Source: Octopus vulgaris | Lineage: Eukaryota | DNA: 64,000 nt | NCBI GenBank assembly: GCA_951406725.2 | Contig: OX597831.1 | Span: 53,630,001-53,694,000, forward strand | Direction: 5' to 3' | In this document: piece after piece, positions 54,120 through 64,000 of the stretch | Layout: each line of letters starts with the position of its first letter | How positions within the stretch are numbered: position 1 is the first letter of the stretch | Notes under the pieces: generated by a model | What the model was told of the DNA's origin: nothing | The model's input: only the letters and a program-made list of their open reading frames with translations | Database searches by the model: none | Made by a program: the position numbers and the translations under genes

Positions 54120-54422
54120 TATCATGTGATCACGTGACCGACCAGGCTATCAGATGTTGCTACACATCGCTGGCCACAGTGCACTTCGCATTGTTTTAGC
54201 CTTCAAATGACGCCACCCCACTGGCTAAGCGAGCAGGCCAACAGAAGAAAGAGCGAGAGAAATTAGTGGTGAAAGAGTACAGCAGGGATCGCCACCACCC
54301 CCTGCCGGAGCCTCGTGGTATTTTCGCTCAATAAACAGTCACAACGCCTGGTCTGGGAATCGAAACCGCGATCCTACGACTGTGAGTCCGCTGCCCTAAC
54401 CACTGGGCCATTGCACCTCCAC
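54120..54422 (-). mobile_element. tRNA-derived SINE, young
   Basis: Minus-strand head ggtgcaatggcccagtggttagggcagcggactc...ggtttcgattccc. Confidence 0.85.
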
Positions 54423-54806
54423 ACACACACACACACACACACACACATCATCATTATCATGTTAACATGCACTTTTTATGCTCACAATGGTTGAATGGAA
54501 TCTGTTAAAGCAGATTTTCAGATAAGATACTGTTCTTATTGCCGACCTTCACTTGTTTTCAAGCAAGGTTATACTTACACATGGCCAGAGAATGTTTTTC
54601 ACAGGAGATTGGAAATGAATGATGTCACTTGTATGACAGTGACACCTATTTATAACTATCATGCAATGTCAGGACAACAAGACACACACATGCACACGCA
54701 CACATACACAAACACACACACACACGCACACACATACATACATACATACATATATACATACATACATACATATATACATACATACATACATATTGATATA
54801 TATATA

Positions 54807-54908
54807 AAGGCATGGGTATGTGGTAAGAAGTTTGCTTCCCAACCACATGGTTCCAGGTTCAGTCCAAAGTCTTATGAGCAGACTTTGTAGACAGAAACTG
54901 AAAGAAGC

Positions 54909-54973
<65 letters not shown>

Positions 54974-55190
54974 CCCCTTGTGTCTGTGTTTGTTCCCACA
55001 TCACTGCTTGACAACTGGTGTTGGTGTGTTTACACCCCCATAACTTAGCGGTTTGGCAAAAGAACTGATAGAATAAGTAGTAGACTTCAAAAATAAGTCA
55101 TGGGGTCAGATTGTTTGATTAAAATACCTTCGAAGTGGTGCTCCAGCATGACTGCAGTCAAATGACTGAAACTAGTAAAAGAATAAAAGA
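54807..55190 (+). mobile_element. SINE family A
   Basis: Head (with deletion), microsatellite, tail. Confidence 0.85.
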
Positions 55191-56530
55191 GTACATAAAT
55201 GATGGGTTTCTTTCCATCTATAGAATCTACTCACAAGTAGAAGATACATGCCCAAAGTACCTTGCAGTAGTATTGAACCTGAAACCATTTGGTTAAAAAG
55301 CGGACTCCTTAGCCACATACACACATGCACGCATGCACACACACACACACACACACACAATATTATAATATATTACATTTATTTAACTGAAAGTTCTAAT
55401 TCAATTTACTCTGAGTTTCATGTTTCGGTTAAACAAAACTTGAACAATGAAAATGGGAAATGTTTAAGGGAATATTGAGAAAATGTAAAGAAAAATAAAA
55501 AAGAAAGCATTTGATTAGCTACATGTGCAAAGATAAATTTGAAGAGATAAAAATATTTGGTTATTTGTGTTCCAAAGAAAAATTATTTGTGTTTAGAAAA
55601 ATTAATAAATAAATATATAAGGGTGAAATTCAATCCTATTAACTGGAGGTCTCTTAGGCCATTCTCTGAACGTCATTCATGATGAAATGCAGCAAGGCTG
55701 AAGAAGGAAAGCATGCAGGAAAAAAAAAAAAGGAAGAGAGAAAGAGAGAAATGAAGGATGGTGGAGGGGGTGGGGGACAAAGAAAGTTATATAATAATTC
55801 ATTGTAAAAGTAAAAGAAAAGTTGATTTGAGAACATGTTTGAAATTAAATTTTCATTTATAAAATCATATAAGATGATAAAAAAAAAGCCTCCTGAAACC
55901 TAAAATAGTTAAAGGGAAAACAGAAAACAGAGATAGAATTGCAAAATGCTGAGTCTGCCTTAGGAAAATTACATAACAGTGTTTTTCAATTTATGTAAAC
56001 ATATACATAGTAGGCACAGGGCATAGCACATAGCTGTGTGGTAAGAAATTTGCTTCTCAACCACATGGTTCTGGCTTCAATTGTACTACATGATGGTTTG
56101 GGCAAGTGTCTTCTACTATAACCTCAGCCCAACCAAAAACATTGTGAGTGGATTTAATTCAGAAACTGGAAGAAATTCACCATATGTATGTATATCTATC
56201 TATCTGTCTGTCTGTCTGTCTGTCTATGTATGTATGTATGTATGTATGTATGTATGTATGTATGTATGTATGTATGTATGTATGTATGTATGTATGTATG
56301 TATGTATGCATGCATGCATGCATGCATGCATGCATGTATGCATGTATGTATGTATGTATCTATCTATCTATATATATATATATATATAAAAATACAAAAT
56401 GGGACAAGAATGGAAAACATTCAAATAGATGGTACAAAAAACACGGATGGGTCATTCAAAACCTCCAATCTTCAGTCAAGAACCGGATCATCCTCGCAAT
56501 TTCGGCTGATTCTACAGACACACACACGTG

Positions 56531-56563
<33 letters not shown>

Positions 56564-56566
<3 letters not shown>

Positions 56567-57620
56567 GGATGTTCTGGCTAAATCTGTCAATTTTCATAAA
56601 AAGAAAAGAAAATACGATTTCCCATCACAAAATCAAAGTAATTTTAAAATATCAAAAATTACCAACTAGTAGATTAGCACTGAGAAACAACAGTTTACTC
56701 AAAACAGTCACACTCAGCTTCCACTACATCCTCAAGATGGCTTTGGAACCTAGCACATTCATTCTTCATTGTGTCTCTGGGAAGATCTTTGAACACCTCA
56801 TTGATCTTGGCAGCTAGATTGGCCTTGGTCTTGCAGATAGTGTATTTAATGTTTTTCTCAACTATGCCTCCCTATTGCCCCAATTGTAATCCTGGATAAC
56901 AATCAGGGAAATTAGGTGGGCAGAAACTAGGGCTCATGATGTTACATTCTGAGTTCAAGTTCCGCCGAGGTCGACTTTGCCTTTCATTCTTTCAGGGTCA
57001 ATAAATTAAGTGCCAGTTACGCACTGGGGTTGATGTAATCGACTTAATCCGTTTGTCTGTCCTTGTTTGTCCCCACTATGTTTAGCCCCTTGTGGGAAAT
57101 AAAGAAATAAAGAAATAAGAAATAGGAAACTGGGGCTCATGAAGTCATAGAAATTCTCCAACAACTATTTCTGACTCTTTCCTGAAGTATCGCCTGAAGC
57201 CAAATCCTACTACCACACATATGGCCTTCCAGCATCAACCCTCTCTAGCCAGGGTTTGACCAGTCTCCAGCAGCTTCACATAGCCATCTGAATAGAACAT
57301 AAGGTTCTGTTCATCAGTTGTTGGATGGATTCAGAATGCCTGTGTGTCTCTTCCTGCTGGCCACAGTTTTGTAGTCTCTGTTGCAGCTGTCCACACCACA
57401 TCTTATAGATTTTATAGAGTTCGTAGAGCATTGAGCAGCAGTCATGATGTTGCTATTTTGATACTTGGTGCAAATCATGATAGAGGTAACACTTTTTCAA
57501 TATTCAGATAGCTTCTAGCCCTCTATGTCAGCTAACTTTTTGTCGACTACCATTTTAATCTTTATGTTCTCCAGTGCTGTTGTTGATTGTTCACTAAAAC
57601 ATCAAGCTGACCCTGAAAAG
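56564..57620 (-). mobile_element. maT/DD37D-like transposon relic with Meta-like SINE insertion (56941-57125)
   Basis: Collinear with 59447-60850. Confidence 0.65.
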
Positions 57621-58889
57621 GAAACATTAAAAAAAATCATCAAAATTAGTCTGTTTGTATATGTTTGTGTGTGTGTGTGTGTGTGTGTGCACATGCATGC
57701 ATGTATGTGAGTGTGTGTTACTGACTTCTTGACTTGACATCATGTAATAGTTGTAAACATCATGCAAGTGGTACCCTTTGTTTTCAATCTCCTGTGAAAA
57801 AATGTCTAGTCATGGGAAAAAGGTGATGATAGAGGAAAGACATAGAGCAGTAGAAAATCTGGTTCAACAAATTCCATCTGATCCATGCAAGCATGGAAAG
57901 GTGAATGTGAAAACGATGATGTTATATTCAGTACATTATTCCACAAGTTCAAGTTGTTCTCATTCTCCTGCAATATCAAAATCTTTCCTGTTCAGTGAAG
58001 ATGATAACTCAGTACCTTTATGCTATTTCCACATTGGAAAAAGTAAGAATTAATCATTTTATGTAAAAGGTGGTGTTACCATGTTGCCTTGATCTCCAAA
58101 TATATCTAAAAAAAAAAGAAAACAGGTAGCAATTTTCTGTTCAGGTTAACTAACAAATGCTTGTGAGGGTAAAATCATGTTTTAAATTAATTATCTGTTG
58201 ATCTGATGTACGATTTCATCTGTGTCATTGATCAATTCTACTTTGACACAGTATACCAAGGAATTGGCGAGACAATTCCTATTAAGCAGAGAGATACTAA
58301 GATTTCTACAACTACACCTGCTTTTGGTTTTGGCATTACTATCATTTGACATGTTTCACATTAATTGAATTAATTAAACAACTGAATTTGTTGCTGAATG
58401 AGTAAGAAACATTAATAGAATTTTTACCAAAGATTTCATGAAAGCTACATTCTCTCTTAAAATGAATGACACTAATTTAAGCTCTTTGACTATACTTGTT
58501 AAAGTAAAAATTAGATTATACCACAAGACTTTTAAATTTTTATTTATACATTCAGGAAGTATAGGCCTAGCTATATATACCATGCTATTCGAAAATCTTA
58601 ATGTATAAATGCTTCATTATAGATTTGTGGAAAGTTTTACAAAAGCATCTCCGTCTTAGTATAGTGATGATATATGTCTACTAACATTGACCACACCTTC
58701 ACTGTGTTCCCCATTCACTGCATTCACTTAGCTCTTTAGCATTCAAACTGGCCATATCTGGGTCATATATTCTACCTGCTTTATGCTCAAACCATCCAGA
58801 CAAAGTTATTCTAAAATAAGCAATCGCATCATTGAAATCTCCAAGTTATGAGATAATGCATGATTAATTCAAAACAACGTGAATAAATA

Positions 58890-59270
58890 GGTGCAGGTAT
58901 GGCTGTGTGGTAAGAATCTTGCTTCCCAACCACATGGTTCCAGGTTCAGTCCCACTGTATGGCACCTTGGGCAAGTGTCTTTAACTATAGCATCAGGCTA
59001 ACCAAAGCCTTGTGAGTGGATTTGGTAGATGGAATTTGAAAAGAAGCCTGTCATGTGTGTGTGTGTGTGTGTGCGCCTATGCCCCCACCACCACCTCCAT
59101 CACTTGACAACCGATGTTGGAGTGTTTACATTTCTGTAACTTAGCAGTTTGGCAAAAGAACCTGATAGAAGAATAAGTCCTGGGATTGATTTCTTCCACT
59201 AAAATCCATTTAAGGCAGTGCTGCAGCATGGCCACAGTCAAATAACTGAAACAAGTAAAAGAATAAAATA
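58890..59270 (+). mobile_element. SINE family A
   Basis: Full head-to-tail match. Confidence 0.9.
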
Positions 59271-59305
59271 AATGTAACATTTGACTTTCTGTTCAAGTAT
59301 TTACA

Positions 59306-59346
<41 letters not shown>

Positions 59347-59446
59347 TGAACTTCCACACAGTTTGCATCAACCAAATTTACTCACAGAGAATTTCTTTAC
59401 ATTCTGCATTAAAACCCTGTTGAGGTTAACTTTGCCCCTCATCCTT

Positions 59447-60850
59447 CATAGGGTATTCAGGCTAAATTTAACAGTTTGCATAAAAAAAAACAACTCAATA
59501 TTTTGTTGTGTCTTGGGAGTATCATTCATTAAATGAATTTACATTGAGAATCTTGCAAAACAAAATACAAAATTGAAGTAAAGATAATACCCCATCCAAG
59601 AATAAAACTATTTAAAAAAATCAAAAATTATCAACTAGATTAGGGCTAGGAGATAATAGTTTACTCAAAGTAGCCACCCACATCCAGCTTCATGATGGCT
59701 CCAGAACCTGGCTCATGCATTCTTTACTGTGTTCTTGGGCATATCTTCAAATGCCTCCCTGATCTTGGCCACCAATTCAGCCTTGGTGATGTAGGTAGAG
59801 TGGCCAATATTTTTCTCAACTGTACCCCACACATAGTAAGCTATGGGATTACAATTGGAGTAATTAGGAGGTCAGAAATTGGGATTAGTGAAATCATAGA
59901 GATTATCTGATAACCACTTCTGACTCTTTCCAGAAGTATGGCAAAGAGCCAAATCCTACTGTCACACATATAGCCTTCCAGCAGCAATCCTTCTCAGCCA
60001 AGATTTGACCAGTCTCCAGCAGCTTCACATAGCTGTCTAAATTGATCTTAAGGCCCATTTGAAGATGTGGGCCATCATGATGGCACCCTTGCTGGTGATA
60101 CACCCAAGACCATCACAGTTTAGGAGAACTTGACTTTGTAGTCTTTTATTTCTTTACTGCCCACAAGGCGCTACACACAGAGGGGACAAAGAAGGACAAA
60201 CAAATGGATTAAGTCGATTATATCGACCCCAGTGTGTAACTGGTACTTATTTAATCAACCACGAAAAGATGATAGGCAAAGTTGACCTCGGTGGAATTTG
60301 AACTCAGAATGTAGTGTCAGACGAAATACTGCTAAGCATTTTGCCTGGCGTGCTAACGTTTCTTATTTCTTTACTGCCCACAAGAGGCTACACATAGATG
60401 GGACAAACAAGGACAGACAAAGGGATTAAGTCGATTACATCGACCCCAGTGCGTAACTGGTACTTAATTTATTGACCCCGAAAGGATGAAAGGCAAAGTT
60501 GACCTCGGCGGAATTTGAACTCAGAACATAATGGCAGACGAAATACCACTAAGCATTTCGCCTGGTGTGCTAACGTTTCTGTCAGCTTGCTGCCTTTGTG
60601 GTCTCTGTTGCTGCTGTCCATGTTGTGTTTCACAGCCTTTACAATGTTCGCAAAGCATGGAGCAGCAGCCATGGCATCAGTATCTTAATGTTCGATGCAA
60701 ATCATCATGATACAGGTAATTTCTTTCCAATATTCAGATGGCTTCCAGTCCTCCATACCAGCTGACTTACTTCTAACTGCAACTTTAACCTTCATATTCT
60801 CCAACACCTTTTAAAGTTCACCAATACATCAAGCTGTTTCTGAAACAAGG
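59447..60850 (-). mobile_element. maT/DD37D-like transposon relic with tandem Meta-like SINE dimer (60145-60595)
   Basis: GLKINLDSYVKLLE, CHTSGKSQKWL, PPNYSNCNPIAYYVWGTVE resemble WPPNSPDLNPLDYYVWG. Confidence 0.7.
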
Positions 60851-61050
60851 CGACATTTAATTTACTATATACTCTCCTAGATTCAGACAGGGCCACAAAG
60901 CAACATTTGGCTGTGGGATTTGCTTTCCATACATATGGTTTTAGGTTCAGTCCCACTGTGTAACACCTTGGACAAGTGTCTTCTACTATAGACTCAAACT
61001 AACAAAACCCTGTGAAAGGATTTGAAAGAAGCTCTCTCTCTCTCTCTGTA

Positions 61051-61086
<36 letters not shown>

Positions 61087-61420
61087 GAAGGCGCATGGCT
61101 CAGTAGTTAGAGTGTCAAGCTTACGATCGTGAGGTTGCAAGTTCAAATCCCAGATTGGGCTACGTGTTGTGTTCTTGAGCAAGACACTTTATTTCATGTT
61201 GCTCCAGTTCACTCAGCTATAGTAATCAGTTGCAACGTCACAGGTGCCAAGCTGTATCAGCTGTTGCCTTTACCTTGGATAACACTGGTGGTGTGGAGAG
61301 GGGAGGCCGGTATGCATGGGCGACTGCTGGTCTTCCATAAACAACCTTGCCTGGACTTGTGCCTGAGAGGGTAACTTTCTAGGTGCAATCCCACAGTCTG
61401 TCATGACCGAAGGGGGTCTC
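61087..61420 (+). mobile_element. SINE family B
   Basis: gaaggcgcatggctcagtagttagag head; tail gtcatgaccgaagggggtctc. Confidence 0.85.
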
Positions 61421-61924
61421 ATATTTATATGTGTGTGTGTGTGTGTACAGAGAGAGAGAGTGAAGTAGAGTTTAACACCACCTAAACATAGGTGTTTCCT
61501 GCTATTTTAACCCCATAGAGGACATCTCCTCAAGCTGGTTATTCAATGCACACTGCACTTGATATGTATTGCAAAGAGGGAGAGAACTCCCTACTATTTT
61601 AGCCCCAAGACCACCAGACCATATATACATATTTGTGTGTGTGTGAGTGTGTGTGTGTGTGTGTGTGTGTATGAGCATGGGTGTGTGTTTTTGTTACCTA
61701 GCCTTAACATCACCTGACAGTCGTATGCACATGTCACTCTCATACAATTAATATCATTCCTTTCCAATATCTTCCTTGAAAACATGTCTGACCATGAGGA
61801 AATATTATCTTACTTGGAAACAGGTGAGGGTTGGCCACAGGAAGAGCATCTGACTGTAGTAAAACCTGCCTCAATAAATTCCAACTGACACATGCTAGCA
61901 TGGAAAAGTGTATGTTAAAACTAA

Positions 61925-61957
<33 letters not shown>

Positions 61958-64000
61958 GGTGGCAATGTTGGCATAGGCAACAGTATCAGCAGTGGCAGCA
62001 GTGATGGTGGCGACAGTGGTGTGGTGGTGGTGGTGGTGGCAACGGGGTTGGCAGTTATGATGATGATGATGATGATGATGATATTAAGGTAGCAAATTTT
62101 GATAATATTCACTTTAAGGTGGCAGGAATGATGAAGCCCAAGATAAAATATTTTGCCCGAGATTAAATAATTACTTGTCATCCATTTATCTTCGCTGTTC
62201 TAATCTTATTGGGGTTTTACTGACTTGGTATTTCTGCCTTCTGGTCTTGATAAAATAAATATCAAGCATATTTTGGAATCTGTTTACTCAATTATACCTT
62301 CTCACTACTAATTTGTGGTCTTAGCTAGCCAAAGAAATCAATATTTGTGACCATATTTTTAATGAAAAATACTACCTATGTGTTTCAAAATTAATTTTGA
62401 AATTAATCAACGATTTCGGAGTGATTTAGTAAAATAATAAATTTGTATGTTATTAACTATTTCATGACAATATTTCTAATGAAATACACCGTAAGTATAT
62501 AACTTCAATTCAATTTTGAATGAGCCAGTGAAATACTCTCCACATGGTCGCTTGTTCTGCTAGAAATAGCAGCTAAATCTCTCTCAAGCATGTCTACCAT
62601 TTTAGAAAACGACATGTTGGTTAATGTGGTTCTGGCTTCCTTGTAATTATAAAAAAACAAGATTGGCATGTATGGAATTACCTTTGATCATAGGATTGCT
62701 CAACCAGAGATTAACCTTAAGCTAAACAGTAACAGTAATTAATTTAAAAACTAATCAAGGATTCTGTGGAATTTAATAAAATTTTTTTTTTATGAAGTTG
62801 ATTTTAAGAGCAGTGAAGTGGCAGTGCTATTAGAGCTATTAGAGCATCTGACATAATTTGTTGTAGTAGTTCTTCCTGCAGTCTACATTCTGAGCTCAGA
62901 TCCACCAAACTCAACTTTGCCTTGGCTGAAGTCTTAAAATGACTTGGATGTGTTGGTGCAGTAGTAGACACTCCAGTCAAAGGTGTTTGGCATTACAATA
63001 TCTGAGCTGGATGACAAAGGTCTGAGTCTTCAGGTCTCTAGTCCTCTCAGTCTTGTTCTTTAGTTGCAAGACTTGGACACTGTCTGGGGTCCTCAGGAGC
63101 TGCCTGAAATTCTTTGGTACAAGGACACTTTCCAGGATTAAGGGTTACCATTGACTGGATTTCATATACAACCAACGTGGAGGTATGTGGCTGAGTGGTT
63201 AGGGTGTTGGACTCATGATTGTAAGATTGCGGTTTTGATTCCTGGACCAGTCAATGCATTGTGTTCTTGAGCAAAACACTTCATTTTACATTTTACCTTT
63301 TTTTTTTTTTTACTGTAAAAACCCATGTAATTTGTGCACCTGTGGAATTTACACAGGTGATTTTCAGGATAAAATTTGTTAAAAAAAGCTTCTGCTCATG
63401 TAAGATTCACACCCAAAAGTTTTCAGAATTGCTGATATAGCCAGTGAAATAGGTTCTCAATTTAGTTGTATTTAGTATAATTTTACTTACTTATGATTAG
63501 ATTTTATTAAATTTTCATTAAATAAAAATAATTTCTGTTTAACAGGTATCACATTAAAACCTATTAAATTACAAAGTGTTTGTGTTGTTTATAATAAACT
63601 TTATTTACATTTCTTGCCCACAAGAGATTATGTCTGATCTTTAGAAAACTGCTTTATGTCTTCTCAAATCATGATCACAGAAAAAGTTGTTAATAAGAAT
63701 TATCAACAAAAACAAAGCTGATAAATACACACAGGTGTTGCAAATTAAGTTTAATTACCAATAATCATCAGCTTGGATGACGCTTTGCTCAACTGACAGA
63801 GGAAGGTGACCAACCAAACTGATTATGTAAACAAATTTCTTTTCCACCTATTCATGTTGGAACCTTTGATATGGAGTATTGAAATTTTAATCCCTTTCAC
63901 ACTTATAAAATGTCAAGCAAACTTGAAAATTCGTCATTACCGTTATTGTCAGTATGGGCAGAACTGATTAATCGTTTACTGTGAAGGAGAAATCAAATAT

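Noticed and set aside
56390-56515. Minus-strand GAAA...CUGAAGA in a short (TA)n-flanked segment
   Set aside because: Probably a retroelement terminus, but stems I and III of a type-II hammerhead cannot be drawn.

Overview
Repeat-dominated, AT-rich animal intronic or intergenic DNA. The SINE set resembles that of octopus/coleoid cephalopods (inferred, not searched). No host exon can be supported, and nearly all track ORFs are microsatellite artefacts. Recognisable content: many tRNA-derived SINEs (CORE-like and Meta-like); RTE, R4/Dong, CRE-like and HERO-like non-LTR fragments; Tc1, mariner and maT transposon relics; two non-autonomous Helitrons; and a 19-bp minisatellite. The most notable structure is a set of Penelope-like elements (PLEs). 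Three are 5'-truncated copies with an inverted pseudo-LTR, inserted in microsatellites; two more are solo pLTR-like remnants. Together they carry five unrelated minimal type-I hammerhead ribozyme (HHR) motifs, including a U3-A8 covariant core. Several strong hairpins also occur in non-repeat DNA. All calls were made by eye and boundaries are approximate.
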